From a virus, in the IMG/VR virus record IMGVR_UViG_3300043449_000692, positions 32,212-96,211 of that record: a stretch of DNA of 64,000 nt. One strand, 5' to 3'. Of the stretch, positions 47,077 through 57,388 are shown piece after piece. Position numbers and translations under genes: made by a program. The notes under the pieces were generated by a model. The model was not told the DNA's origin. It worked only from the letters and a program-made list of their open reading frames with translations, and did not search any database. Position 1 is the first letter of the stretch; every line of letters starts with the position of its first letter.

Positions 47077-47718
47077 TCAGAGTTTTGAAATGAAATCCTT
47101 GAACAGTTTCATTGCCTGCTCTTCCAACTTTCTGGAAGAGGTCTTCTCAATGATACGCTTGTAATTTTCAACTTCCACGGGCTTCAGAACGCCACCGTCC
47201 CAAATCCATTCCCGTCCTTCCATGATGCCGTTAACAAAAGCGTTGGGTGCAGACGGGTCAGCGACCACATCCACCGCAGCGAGCATGAAGTCTTCCTGTA
47301 CGACATTTACCCCGTCCTGCTCCTTCAGACTGCCCATGCCACGGGACGAAACGCCCAGTTTCACGCCCTCGTCAATGAGGTTGCGGACAATCTTGCCGTA
47401 TGGGGTGTCAAGGATCTTGGCTTTGCCGTACACATCGTTTCCCTCAAGGCGCAAGTCCTTGATGAGGTGGGACACGCGCTCAAGGTTCACAGTCGGACCT
47501 TCGGGGTGACCGAGTTCGCCCATAGCGCGGTTCGTCTTCACATATTCGTTCTGATACCGACCAAGTTCCTTCTCCATCACAGCCATTGGGTACACGCGAC
47601 CGTTGCGATTCTTCGCTTCAGCCTGCATGAACACGCCTTCAATGAAGTAGTGCTTCTGACCGTTCTTCTCTTCGGTCAGAATGTTGATGTCCTGAACTGT
47701 TTCGGTAATGAGTTTCAT
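47077..47718 (-). CDS. gp21: Prohead protease
   Basis: KNRNGRVY, GELGHP, GVSSRGMGSL, DVVADPSAP. Confidence 0.96.
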   Translation of the reverse strand: MKLITETVQDINILTEEKNGQKHYFIEGVFMQAEAKNRNGRVYPMAVMEKELGRYQNEYVKTNRAMGELGHPEGPTVNLERVSHLIKDLRLEGNDVYGKAKILDTPYGKIVRNLIDEGVKLGVSSRGMGSLKEQDGVNVVQEDFMLAAVDVVADPSAPNAFVNGIMEGREWIWDGGVLKPVEVENYKRIIEKTSSRKLEEQAMKLFKDFISKL

Positions 47719-48026
47719 TAGTCCTTGCCCGCCTTCTTGTTGTGGAGTTTCCAAGCGGTGGCGTACATGACGCTCTTGCCGCGCTTGCCGTACTGCTTGG
47801 CAAACGAAGCCTTGACTTTCTTGGAGCCTGTCATCTTCTCCATGTCGGGGGGAGAGACTTCATCCAACTGCTCGGTGGCTTCGTTGAATACGGCGTTAGC
47901 AACGGCGAAGCGAGCCTCATCAAGAGCGAGAGATGCCTTGGCGTACAGCGACTTGAAGACCAGTTCCTTGGCTTCGGCAAAACTCTTGTTGACCAATGCT
48001 TTTGCGATCTTCTTGTTCGTGTCCAT
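47718..48026 (-). CDS. Small prohead core-like protein
   Basis: AAGGAG RBS; between portal and protease; C-terminal 'YGKRGKSVMYATAWK' motif. Confidence 0.7.
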   Translation of the reverse strand: MDTNKKIAKALVNKSFAEAKELVFKSLYAKASLALDEARFAVANAVFNEATEQLDEVSPPDMEKMTGSKKVKASFAKQYGKRGKSVMYATAWKLHNKKAGKD

Positions 48027-48050
48027 ATGATCTCCTTGTGCAGACTTCAT

Positions 48051-48057
48051 TATTTAG
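48051..48057 (-). promoter_or_regulatory. Putative late promoter CTAAATA
   Basis: Overlaps the upstream TAA. Confidence 0.6.
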
Positions 48058-48221
48058 TTTTCATCCGCGTTTGACTGGGTTTCCGTTGTTTCATCCTGAT
48101 TAATTTCACCGCGCAAAAGAGAGTTTGAAATATACTCTCGCTCCGTATCTATGCGCTCTGAAATCTTGTCTCGCAGTGCTGCGTGAATGGCTGTTCTGAA
48201 TTCTTCAAACGAATCAATCAT
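48054..48221 (-). CDS. Small acidic prohead core protein (gp67-like; 55 aa, not in the ORF track)
   Basis: MIDSFEEFRTAIHAALRDKISERIDTEREYISNSLL...; GAGG RBS; directly follows the portal gene. Confidence 0.7.
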   Translation of the reverse strand: MIDSFEEFRTAIHAALRDKISERIDTEREYISNSLLRGEINQDETTETQSNADEN

Positions 48222-48231
48222 GGTGTACCTC

Positions 48232-49884
48232 TCAATCGTTCAGGTCTTCTTCATCCGCAGGCACTATCTCACCAATCGTGATCTGTGGCTGCTCTCCACC
48301 GCTTGTGTCAGATGGCGTTTGTGCGCTCGGAGGGGCGGATTGGGGCATTTCAGGCTCGCCCGTGGTCTGACCCATGTCCTGATCAGGACCAGCAATCAGA
48401 CCAGAAGCCTGCTCTGCCTGTATCTGCTTGTCAATCTGCTCCACATCGTCTTCGGTCTGACGCAGAATCTTCTTCCGTACCCATTCGCGGGAGTAGTACT
48501 TGCCAACGAAATCCTCTGCATCCCGTGCAGACTGTAGACGGTCTTTAAGGATTTCGCTCTCCTTCAGTTCGGAGAAGTGCGAGTCCTTCGCAAACTTGAA
48601 GGCAATACGCCCAACCATCTCGTCCCATTCGCTCTCCTTGATGACTCCCTTCATCACCAACTGCACACGCAGGAGTTCAAGGAACAGTTCGGAGAACTTC
48701 ATACGGAGGCGTTCAATGAACTTGAAGAACTTCACCTCATCGCGTGAAATCTCGGAAGCCTTGCCGAGATTGAATCCCGTGGTTTCCTCAAGACGCGAGG
48801 ACGGAACATTGAGCGACTGAAACAGTTTCTTCTGGAAATACTTTACATCATCCATCTCGGACAGGTTCTGTCCTGCCTCAAGCGTCTGAATCTCCGTGCC
48901 GCGACCGCCTTCGCGCCGTGGCATCCAGAAGTCCTCAAGCATGGACAGGTGCTTGCGAGAATCCTGCACCTCGCCAGTGTTCGGATCGTACATCAACTTG
49001 TTGCGATACCGCTGCATCAAGCCACGCACATATTCCTCTGCCTTCTGCTTTGGCAGATTTCCGACATCCACATAGAACACGCGCCGCTCGGGAGCGCGGG
49101 TGATGCGGTAGATCACCACTGCGTCCTCAATCATGCGGAGTTGATTCAGAGCCTTGATAGCCTTGTGTAGATAGCCGATGATCTTTTTGTGATACCCGTC
49201 AAACAGTCCGCTGTGTACAAAGCAGATTGCATCAGGATAAATCTTCAGTCCGTCCATAGTCATGGACGCTGAATTTGCCTGCTGCTCGTTGTACACATAG
49301 AACTCTTCCACCGATGTAACCACCTGAACACCAACAGGAGCCGTCTTGTCCAGCGGCTTCTTGTTGATTTTTCTGACCTTTCTGATCTTTGTGGGGTCGA
49401 TTGGACGAAGTTCTTGAATGCCCTTCTTCTTGTTCTTCTCGTCAACAATAATGTGGTAGTACAGTCGGCTGTCAATGTACCACTTGCGGAAAATCTCGTA
49501 TCCGCGCCGCGAGAAGTTCAGAAGTTGCAGCACCTCATCAAACTCTGCCTCAACCTTGTCCTTGATGGATTTAGACTGCTTCAGGTTCGTGGTGTCGATC
49601 TTCACTGTGGTGAAGGTGTCATCGTACACAATGGCTTCATTGCAAATATCCGCGATGGCAGACTCCACCTCGGGGTGAAGAGCCATGTCGCGGTACTTGC
49701 GAATGAGTTCAATATCTGACTTGATGCTGCCGTCAAAATCAACAACTGCACCGAAGTAACCACCGACCTCTATAGGAACAGAACCATCATCGTAGTCGGG
49801 CGGTACAAACGAAAGAGACTTCTTGGATTCCTCCGAAGAAGTCCCCTCCTTACCGATAGTAAAACCAAACAGTTTGATTGCCAT
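48232..49884 (-). CDS. gp20: Portal protein
   Basis: YLHKAIKALNQLRMIEDAVVIYRITRAPERRVFYVDVGNLPK, MLEDFWMPRREGGRGTEI. Confidence 0.98.
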   Translation of the reverse strand: MAIKLFGFTIGKEGTSSEESKKSLSFVPPDYDDGSVPIEVGGYFGAVVDFDGSIKSDIELIRKYRDMALHPEVESAIADICNEAIVYDDTFTTVKIDTTNLKQSKSIKDKVEAEFDEVLQLLNFSRRGYEIFRKWYIDSRLYYHIIVDEKNKKKGIQELRPIDPTKIRKVRKINKKPLDKTAPVGVQVVTSVEEFYVYNEQQANSASMTMDGLKIYPDAICFVHSGLFDGYHKKIIGYLHKAIKALNQLRMIEDAVVIYRITRAPERRVFYVDVGNLPKQKAEEYVRGLMQRYRNKLMYDPNTGEVQDSRKHLSMLEDFWMPRREGGRGTEIQTLEAGQNLSEMDDVKYFQKKLFQSLNVPSSRLEETTGFNLGKASEISRDEVKFFKFIERLRMKFSELFLELLRVQLVMKGVIKESEWDEMVGRIAFKFAKDSHFSELKESEILKDRLQSARDAEDFVGKYYSREWVRKKILRQTEDDVEQIDKQIQAEQASGLIAGPDQDMGQTTGEPEMPQSAPPSAQTPSDTSGGEQPQITIGEIVPADEEDLND

Positions 49885-49911
49885 GAATAAAAAATCCTGT
49901 CAAAGAGTGAA

Positions 49912-50523
49912 TCAGAAGCCTTGACCGATGTTGATTCCCGCTCCCTGTAGGAGAGAACGAATGTTCTCCGCTCCAGTGCCTGTGGCGGGAACGGCAGCAC
50001 CAGCCGCAGCCTCCCACCAAGAGTAGTTGATGGTGACGGGGAACTCGGCAATGGTGTCGTTGTTCTCGTAGGACAGGTCAATCGCACCGATTTCGCTTGG
50101 GAAGCACCCAATGAAATTGTAGGTACGCAGAGCCTCGCCGTTGCGGAGCAACTGTGTCACCGACCATGTGGGCATGAACTGCATGAAGTTCGTTGCCGAA
50201 ATATTGCTCACATGGGAGTTGAAGGTGGCACTCCAGTACTCGAAACCCGAGCGAAGCGTCATGTTCGCATCAGAGATGACTGTGATTGTCCAATCCTGGA
50301 AGGTGCGGTCACCTGGCAGTTTGATGCGGCGACCACGGTACGGCACTTCAATCGTGCCGAGCGATGACGCGGGAATCTGTGCTGCCTTGCACAGGAACGA
50401 GATGGCGCGATTGTTCGAATAGCCAGGGATGTTTCCCGTGACCATGAACAGGTTTGTGCGTACACCACCGCCAGCGAAGGCGTTTACAAATCCCGAAATA
50501 TTGTTTGTAGGATCTACTGGCAT
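49912..50523 (-). CDS. gp19: Tail tube protein
   Basis: GGGVRTNLF, FLCKAAQIP, GDRTFQDWTITV. Confidence 0.95.
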   Translation of the reverse strand: MPVDPTNNISGFVNAFAGGGVRTNLFMVTGNIPGYSNNRAISFLCKAAQIPASSLGTIEVPYRGRRIKLPGDRTFQDWTITVISDANMTLRSGFEYWSATFNSHVSNISATNFMQFMPTWSVTQLLRNGEALRTYNFIGCFPSEIGAIDLSYENNDTIAEFPVTINYSWWEAAAGAAVPATGTGAENIRSLLQGAGINIGQGF

Positions 50524-50540
50524 GGATTACTCCTTAGTCT

Positions 50541-50547
50541 TATTTAG
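50541..50547 (-). promoter_or_regulatory. Putative late promoter CTAAATA upstream of gp19
   Basis: Intergenic, before AAGGAG. Confidence 0.7.
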
Positions 50548-50551
50548 ACGA

Positions 50552-52573
50552 TCAGCCACCGACTTCGCTGAAATCTACACCTGTCTTGGTTGCAATAAAG
50601 TTCAACTGGATGAAGTTGATGCTGCGAGTTGGCTTCACAAAGATGTCAGCCACGAACTCGTTGCGGTCGATTACTTCACCTGTGTTGTTGGTTTCATCGC
50701 ACACCACCTTGAAATCGGTGATGCCCCGCCGCTGCTGAACCGTCTTGAGGAACGGAACCACGAGATTCTTGAACTGTGCGCGAGTGAACGCATCGTTCTG
50801 CTCGAACAGGAAGAACTTCGAAGCCGTGGCAATCGCCTTTTCAAGAATGATGAACAGGCGGCGAACATTGATGCGGTCGAATGCGCTTGGACGAGTCTGC
50901 ATGGTCTTATCACCAAACAGGATCACGCCTTCGCCAGGGAACGACACGACAGGGTTTACCTGACGGGTGTACAGTTCGTCACGATGAGCCTCGGAAGAGG
51001 GGTTGTACGCCAACTTCACCACTCCCTTGACCTGACCACGGTTGAAACCTGCGGGCGAGAACCACGCTTCAGTGGTGAACTCGGTACGAGCAACCAGACC
51101 CGCAATGTCTGCATTGAGCGGAACAAGGCGGACAATGTTGTTGTAGGTGTCTAGTTGATACTTCCAACCGCTGTCCATGACTGCATACGAAGAGTTCAGG
51201 TTCAGTGTGTTGTCTCTGTAACCCTTGATCTCGTTCAGAGCCTCGTATGCGAGTTTGTTTTCCACATCGCTCTTCTCTGGAGAGACAAATGCCATGCAGT
51301 CCAAACGCTTTTCGCAGATGTTCTGAACCACAAGTCTGGCGAGTGTGGAAGAAGCACTACCGAGAGGCAGAAGAGACACATCTACTGCATCCGAATCGGC
51401 AAACTTGCTCCATCCGCTAGCCCAACGCTCCGAATCAGATGGAGCAGCAGAAACGGCTCCAGTCAGACCAAGAGAGTTTACGCCGTCTGCAACCACTGTT
51501 TCAGCAGCAAGAGCCGAACCGATTGCGGTCCAGTTGGTTGTTGTAGCCTGATAACCTGCACCACCGTTGTTTCCTGAAACATCAGCCTGCAAAGCCCAAA
51601 CATACGCCGACTGATCATTAATCACGGTGCGATAGTAGTTGCTGCTGCCGTCAAACTTACGGGCATCAGTGGCGCGAGACAGTCCTTCGAATTTCTCAAG
51701 CAGAGAATTTGCAGTTCCTGTCCACTTTCCGTCCTTGTCCATGACAAGGATGTTGATCTGATCTCCCGAACCACCAGCGTCAGCCGCGAATGGTGTTGTG
51801 TACGAATTGGAGCCAATATACTTCGCGTACACGCTCTTGTGGGTAAACGCTGCTCCGCTGCTCTGATCTTTCGTCAAGAGCGATTGCAGGTTCAGGGTGA
51901 TACCGCTAGCAGAACCACTGACGCGGAAAATGTCTCCGCTGGTGGCTCCGAGAACCGTGGTGCCAGAAGAGATCACTCCGCTGACTGTTACGCTTGTTCC
52001 GTCCGCAAAGGTGATTTCATCACCAACAGAGAACGAAGCGGTTGTTCCAGCACCCTTGGTGATGCGAATGCTGCTTGCTCCAAGAGAGGCGTTCGCAGCA
52101 AGGGTTCCTGTGGTGGTTCCTGGTCCAGATGTAATAACAACCTTCAGGCTGTTTCCAAGCACACCAGGATACTTCGAACCAAAGAGAACACCCGCAGCCG
52201 CAGCAGTGGAAGCAGAAAGACCAGCACTTGCACCGAACTGTGTTTCGTTGTTGATGATGAGTGTGGCAACACCCGTGACACCAGCCTTTGTTACATTGGC
52301 GTTCTTTGCGGCAGAGCCGACCACGCGAACGGTTTGCAGATTGTTTCCATACGACAGGAAGTTTGCTGCCGTAAAGAAATCCTCGTAGTTGTTGTTGTCG
52401 GGCTTGTTGAAAATATTCGCAAGTTCAGTTTCCTGCGTGACCGTGACGATCTCATCGACTGGTCCCCAGTGGAAATAACCCGCGAAACCACCAGGCGTGG
52501 TGGCAACAGCGGGAACGATGGTGGTCAGGTCAACCTCTTTGATGCTAACGCCAGGGCTTACTCTAAATGCCAT
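50552..52573 (-). CDS. gp18: Tail sheath protein
   Basis: SPGVSIKEVDLT, WFSPAGFNRG, FDRINVRRLF, KPTRSINFIQLNF. Confidence 0.97.
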   Translation of the reverse strand: MAFRVSPGVSIKEVDLTTIVPAVATTPGGFAGYFHWGPVDEIVTVTQETELANIFNKPDNNNYEDFFTAANFLSYGNNLQTVRVVGSAAKNANVTKAGVTGVATLIINNETQFGASAGLSASTAAAAGVLFGSKYPGVLGNSLKVVITSGPGTTTGTLAANASLGASSIRITKGAGTTASFSVGDEITFADGTSVTVSGVISSGTTVLGATSGDIFRVSGSASGITLNLQSLLTKDQSSGAAFTHKSVYAKYIGSNSYTTPFAADAGGSGDQINILVMDKDGKWTGTANSLLEKFEGLSRATDARKFDGSSNYYRTVINDQSAYVWALQADVSGNNGGAGYQATTTNWTAIGSALAAETVVADGVNSLGLTGAVSAAPSDSERWASGWSKFADSDAVDVSLLPLGSASSTLARLVVQNICEKRLDCMAFVSPEKSDVENKLAYEALNEIKGYRDNTLNLNSSYAVMDSGWKYQLDTYNNIVRLVPLNADIAGLVARTEFTTEAWFSPAGFNRGQVKGVVKLAYNPSSEAHRDELYTRQVNPVVSFPGEGVILFGDKTMQTRPSAFDRINVRRLFIILEKAIATASKFFLFEQNDAFTRAQFKNLVVPFLKTVQQRRGITDFKVVCDETNNTGEVIDRNEFVADIFVKPTRSINFIQLNFIATKTGVDFSEVGG

Positions 52574-52596
52574 TTGTAGTTCTCCTTCGTGAAGAA

Positions 52597-52630
52597 GTCA
52601 ATTCTATGACTGCGCTTCCGATGTATGTAT
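52597..52630 (-). promoter_or_regulatory. Putative late promoter ATACATA (52624-52630) plus leader hairpin upstream of gp18
   Basis: AGTCA-TAGAAT-TGACT hairpin. Confidence 0.55.
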
Positions 52631-52654
52631 TATTTTGAAGGCTTCACCAAAAGG

Positions 52655-54325
52655 TCAAAAAGTCCACCCCATATCTAGGTCTGAACTGTTTCCGCCCCTC
52701 CATGTGGTTCCGCTTGCGTCAGTAAATGAATTGATGCTGCTCCCGTCATCCACAAAACCAAACGGTGTCATCTCCTCTTCCAGTGCCTTCATTTGGTCTT
52801 CATACAGGTCTTTGCGAATGTCGCTGCCCGTGATCTGTTTGAAATATGCCTGTGTGGTCAGCCATCCAAACAGCACCAGAGTCATCACCAAGTCATCGTG
52901 GTGGTTTTCTTCTGCCTCAAACGAGTCGCCCTTTGCCACAAACGAGCAGAACTCGTCCACCGTGTTGAAGTCCTCCACGATGAGTTTGGTGTCTTCAATC
53001 AGATTTTTCAAAATGGAGCAGCCGATGCGCTTCACGGCAGTGGAGGTTTTTACCCCCTTCATGGACGATCCCTTGCCGCCGAAGCCGCCGTTCACCACCT
53101 GTCCTTTGCGTCCCTGCATGGACACATAGATCACATTGTCATACTCAAGTTCATCGTGAAGAATGTCTGCCACCTGACCGCCGATGTCGTTTACCTCCAC
53201 CAAGCAGTACGCATTATTGTACTGCCGCAGGATGGGGTAAATGGCATTGGGATAAAGCATGGGCGGCATCTCGTTGTTGCGAAATGTTGCCACCACCCGA
53301 TACGGCATCGCAGAAACATCAATCACGGAGTAGGCGTGGTAGTCGAGTCCCTGTCCCCGCGCCGTGTCCACGATGGTGATGTATTTGTGATCGGGAAGAG
53401 GCTTCTGATACACCCTCAGCCCCTCGTTGTTCCAATATTCAGGAGTGCGGTACACCATGCACTTGAGTTTTTCGGGATGCACCAGTGTGTGCATGGAGCC
53501 AAGGAACTCACACTCAAACTCCGTGCGGAACTGCTCTTCGGAGGTGTTCGCAATCGTCTGCTTTTTCCACGCATCGTCACGACCAGGCACATCGCTCCAA
53601 TGCACCTCCATTGGCACATACTCGTTCTTGCCTTCCTCACCTGGCTTCTTGTTCGCGTTCACCCAGAAGCGGTAGAACATATTCAAGCCCTTGGGCGTTG
53701 AAATGATCGTGACCTTCGTGCTTTGACCGCTGGTGATCGTGGGGTAAACGGACGAGAAGAACTCTTCTGCGACATTCTGCGGCACATACGCAAACTCGTC
53801 AAGGAAGATGTAGTTGAACGATCCGCCACGCACCGCAGACGATGATGTGGCTGATGCAAGAATCTTGGAGCCGTTCTCCAACACAATGGAACCCTTGTTC
53901 CATTCCACCACGCCCTGCTGCAACCACATGGGCAGATACTCGTATGCCAACTGCAAGCGTCCTAGTAATTCGCGCGCTGTGTTCAGTTTGTTCGCAAGAA
54001 TCGCCACGCTCATGCTCTGATTGAACAGCACATAGTGAAGTAGATACGCGATGATCGTGGTGGATTTACCTGTCTGACGGGGCAGTTTACCGATCACGAA
54101 GCGGTTTTCGTGAATGGTGCGGATCATGTTCTCCTGATAGTCATACGGCTCAAACGGCACCAAGCCCTTGTCGAGGGACACGATCTTCACATAGTTCTTG
54201 ATGAAGTACAGCGGATCTTGGGCGCACTTGATGTATTCTTCAATCTGTTCGGGAGAGAAGTTTACATTTACGCCTGCTGCCTTGAGATTGGAGTTGCCGA
54301 GATACTTCGTGCTTTTCTTACTCAT
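52655..54325 (-). CDS. gp17: Terminase large subunit
   Basis: PRQTGKST, LDEFA, STPKG, HDDLVM. Confidence 0.97.
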   Translation of the reverse strand: MSKKSTKYLGNSNLKAAGVNVNFSPEQIEEYIKCAQDPLYFIKNYVKIVSLDKGLVPFEPYDYQENMIRTIHENRFVIGKLPRQTGKSTTIIAYLLHYVLFNQSMSVAILANKLNTARELLGRLQLAYEYLPMWLQQGVVEWNKGSIVLENGSKILASATSSSAVRGGSFNYIFLDEFAYVPQNVAEEFFSSVYPTITSGQSTKVTIISTPKGLNMFYRFWVNANKKPGEEGKNEYVPMEVHWSDVPGRDDAWKKQTIANTSEEQFRTEFECEFLGSMHTLVHPEKLKCMVYRTPEYWNNEGLRVYQKPLPDHKYITIVDTARGQGLDYHAYSVIDVSAMPYRVVATFRNNEMPPMLYPNAIYPILRQYNNAYCLVEVNDIGGQVADILHDELEYDNVIYVSMQGRKGQVVNGGFGGKGSSMKGVKTSTAVKRIGCSILKNLIEDTKLIVEDFNTVDEFCSFVAKGDSFEAEENHHDDLVMTLVLFGWLTTQAYFKQITGSDIRKDLYEDQMKALEEEMTPFGFVDDGSSINSFTDASGTTWRGGNSSDLDMGWTF

Positions 54326-54827
54326 TGTTCTTGTCACCTTGAATTACATCACGAACATCGGGGCGATTGTCAAACGCCTTTGTAGAAGAACGGGCAGAGT
54401 TGATGATATCCTGTAGTTCCTTTGTAGAACCCACATAGATGGACTGATTCGTTGTCGTGTTGTTGTTCGTGACACTCTGATCAATCTTGCGGATGGTTTT
54501 CACGCGGTTATGGAGATCCATGAGTTCCCGATTGGTTTCAGCAAGTGTCTTGATGAGTTGAGCCACCACTTCGTATGCACGGGGCTGATCACCTTCCTGT
54601 GCCACCTGAATCACTCCGTCTAGTGCGTTCTTGCCCATGTCCACGAGTTCTTTGAGATTGTCTCGTACTACCTCGTAGTCACTCTTCAGGTCTTTTTCAA
54701 GCCGCTCATCGGTAAGCGGAACAGGTTCCACACTCACCACAATGGCATTCTGTGGAATTCCACCGCCTACAAGAGGCTTCGCAGGCTCTGCTCCCAGAGC
54801 CTTTTCTATATTCTCAAATCCACTCAT
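54318..54827 (-). CDS. gp16: Terminase small subunit
   Basis: DYEVVRDNL, PRAYEV, YVGSTKELQ. Confidence 0.92.
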   Translation of the reverse strand: MSGFENIEKALGAEPAKPLVGGGIPQNAIVVSVEPVPLTDERLEKDLKSDYEVVRDNLKELVDMGKNALDGVIQVAQEGDQPRAYEVVAQLIKTLAETNRELMDLHNRVKTIRKIDQSVTNNNTTTNQSIYVGSTKELQDIINSARSSTKAFDNRPDVRDVIQGDKNNE

Positions 54828-54837
54828 GCTCTACTCC

Positions 54838-55710
54838 TTAAATATTCCAATCCACAGTAACGCCACCCGAAACCATGCCTGCTGAATAGGTGCTTCCACC
54901 TGCACCAGGATCATTCTGATACACCTTTCCATACGGGCTGTAGTCGTTCGCGTTTGAACTTGCTCCGCTCGGTCCAGAGATGCCCACGATGACATCCGCG
55001 TAGTTTGGTTTGTCTGTGGTGTTGCCTGGCGTGTATGTGATTCCGCCAACGAAATCTTCGCCAAACACATCGTTGTTCCACAGTCCAACCTTCGTGACCC
55101 GAATCTCTTTGTAGTTCTTTGCAGGACCAAACAGATAGGTCTTCATCGTGAAGTTCAGGGTGAAGATGATTGACCGCCTGTTGCTGAAATCGCCTTCGTA
55201 GTCTTCTTCCGATGACACCGAGTTCAGGAAAATCGGCACATCCACCTTCTTGTTTACATCATCAAAGTTCACGGTCACCAAGAATTCAGGAGAGAAGAAC
55301 GGAATGATCTGCTCAATGATACGCAGTCCGTCTTCCATGTTACGAACATAGATGTACAAGCCGAAATCAATGTTGTACGGCACTTCTGCATATGTGAAAT
55401 CCACCTTGCTCGGATTGCTTGTGGTTGGTCGCACAATGTGACGAGTCAGGCTGTTGCGCTTTCGGGTGGTGTCGTATGCGTATCCCGTGATCTCGAAAGC
55501 CATTCGTGGCAGCGTGATCTGGTTGGGGTTGTTCAGTTCAGGATCACCCGCCAAGCGAACCTTGTACTTATCTTTTGCAGCATACGCAATAGGCACCAAC
55601 AGGGTCTTGGTGCCACCGCTCTCTGCCTTGTCGATGTAGATTTGGTTGAAGAGTGAGCCAAAAGCCACAACCATGCGGCGAATGGAGCCGTTGTAGAAAT
55701 TAGTGAACAT
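54838..55710 (-). CDS. gp15: Tail sheath stabilizer/completion protein
   Basis: VAFGSLFN, LPRMAFE, VPYN, IEQIIPFFSP. Confidence 0.93.
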   Translation of the reverse strand: MFTNFYNGSIRRMVVAFGSLFNQIYIDKAESGGTKTLLVPIAYAAKDKYKVRLAGDPELNNPNQITLPRMAFEITGYAYDTTRKRNSLTRHIVRPTTSNPSKVDFTYAEVPYNIDFGLYIYVRNMEDGLRIIEQIIPFFSPEFLVTVNFDDVNKKVDVPIFLNSVSSEEDYEGDFSNRRSIIFTLNFTMKTYLFGPAKNYKEIRVTKVGLWNNDVFGEDFVGGITYTPGNTTDKPNYADVIVGISGPSGASSNANDYSPYGKVYQNDPGAGGSTYSAGMVSGGVTVDWNI

Positions 55711-56603
55711 TAATCATTGCCTCCGTAGTTGCCTTCGGAGAACGGATCGACTTCAGTGAAATCGAAAATAGAGTTGCTGTTCGATTCCAGATCCAACTGC
55801 TCGTTGTCCTGCTGATCTTGATGTCCTGCGCGAATGGTTGTGTCGTAGATTCCCGAGATTGAATATGTCACGCCGCTGACCGTGCCAGTAAGAACATCCC
55901 CAACCTGAAATACGCCGTCTTGCCTGTTGACGAACACGAAACTGCTGCCGACAACAGGATCGGTGAAGTTTACAACGCGACCGAAAGCCTTCTTGTCTGA
56001 AGACACGCCTGTATACACCTCTTCGCCTTCTGTGTACGATCCCGTTCCACTGCCGAGCGTGATTCCCAATAGGTAAGACGAGGTAATCTCCATGACCCCA
56101 TCCATCTCGGATTCGCCTGTGTCGATCTTCTCGTTCGAGTATTTGAACGCTTCGCAAACGAGTTTGAAAGAGTACCGATCCCCACCAGGATAGAAGGGGT
56201 TGTCGTGTTCAACAAACTTGATTTCAAACATGGAGAACGGATAGTCAAAGTAGATGATGTCGCCTTCCCGTGGGCGACCTTTCTTTCTGATATCTGTGTT
56301 GTGTCCCATGACATCCAAGAATCTCTGTCGAGACACTATGAATGTGGCACTCTCCCGAACATCAAGACCAAAACGCGACATCTCTTGGTCGCCTTCGTAT
56401 TCACCGCCTTCAAGATACATCTCTATGCGGTTTGCGTCCTTGAACTCCGAAACCTCTTCACCTAGAATGAGGTCTTCCGTAACCTTCTCTCGCGGAATGT
56501 ACACCATCTCGTGACCGTGGATCTTGATCGCTTCGGTCGTGAGTGATTGAAGAAGGCTCTGTTCGCCTTTCTTGTTCCTGCGAAAGTACGGATTGACGGT
56601 CAT
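55710..56603 (-). CDS. gp14: Neck protein
   Basis: YIPRE, RPREGDIIYF, FEIKFVEH, DFTEVDPF. Confidence 0.93.
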   Translation of the reverse strand: MTVNPYFRRNKKGEQSLLQSLTTEAIKIHGHEMVYIPREKVTEDLILGEEVSEFKDANRIEMYLEGGEYEGDQEMSRFGLDVRESATFIVSRQRFLDVMGHNTDIRKKGRPREGDIIYFDYPFSMFEIKFVEHDNPFYPGGDRYSFKLVCEAFKYSNEKIDTGESEMDGVMEITSSYLLGITLGSGTGSYTEGEEVYTGVSSDKKAFGRVVNFTDPVVGSSFVFVNRQDGVFQVGDVLTGTVSGVTYSISGIYDTTIRAGHQDQQDNEQLDLESNSNSIFDFTEVDPFSEGNYGGND

Positions 56604-56605
56604 GG

Positions 56606-57370
56606 TTATCCTGTAATGAAGTCAGGCGGCTCTTGGTACTTCAGCAGCACCTCTTCTTCAATTGCCTGTATTGCTGTGGTGGCTTCCTCGTAGATGCGCT
56701 GTCCGTTGAATGTGATATTGCCTGGCAGTGGAATGCCTTCAAACTTGGACAGGTTTGCACCCCACTGCTGCTTTATGAGTGCTGTGGCGTACTTCTTCAG
56801 CATTGGGTCATTCCACGCTTCGCTGTACTCCGCAGGATCAACCACCGCAAACCCCTCAACCAAAATGTACTGACCAGGAGCAAAATCACTCCAGTTCATG
56901 TCCATCTGCAACTTGTTCTTGTACTTGTTGAATCGAATCTGCTTCTCGGGGTCAAGCAGTTGCTGCAACATTTCGATGTACTGCATCGTGGACACATAGT
57001 AGTTCATGTTCATGTTGCCTGTGCGGAGTCCGTAGAAATCCGTCAGTGCCATCTGATAGCGAATATTGAATATGTTGTTGATCTGTAGGTTGAAGCCGAT
57101 CTGAAACACCCGCGTGATGTTTGCAATCTGCGGTCCATTCGGATCAAGCGTGTTTGTGTCGATGTACTGATTAGTGATGTCCTGCTGGGTGATCTCATAC
57201 TTCCAGTACTGACGCTGCATACCAAGCGAGTTCCAGTCATTGAAGTATTGGATAGCCTGATCAATGCGGTCTTCCACTTGGGAATCGTCCACATTGATCT
57301 CTATTACTGGCGCACCAAGAGCGCGCAGGCAGTATTCCTTGAATTCTTGTCGTGTGGTGGGCTTTGCCAT
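56606..57370 (-). CDS. gp13: Neck protein
   Basis: YCLRALGAPVIEINV, YATALIKQQWGANLSKF. Confidence 0.95.
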   Translation of the reverse strand: MAKPTTRQEFKEYCLRALGAPVIEINVDDSQVEDRIDQAIQYFNDWNSLGMQRQYWKYEITQQDITNQYIDTNTLDPNGPQIANITRVFQIGFNLQINNIFNIRYQMALTDFYGLRTGNMNMNYYVSTMQYIEMLQQLLDPEKQIRFNKYKNKLQMDMNWSDFAPGQYILVEGFAVVDPAEYSEAWNDPMLKKYATALIKQQWGANLSKFEGIPLPGNITFNGQRIYEEATTAIQAIEEEVLLKYQEPPDFITG

Positions 57371-57388
57371 CCGTGTCTCCTTTACGAG

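Noticed and set aside
11589-53701. Long plus-strand ORFs (e.g. 11589-12566, 13196-14125, 15228-16511, 19147-20037, 42013-42984, 52793-53701)
   Set aside because: Antisense shadows of conserved minus-strand genes caused by codon bias; no motifs or RBS
14478-54325. Inteins, introns or homing endonucleases in gp43, gp41, gp17, gp20
   Set aside because: Protein lengths are normal and no splicing or endonuclease motifs were seen
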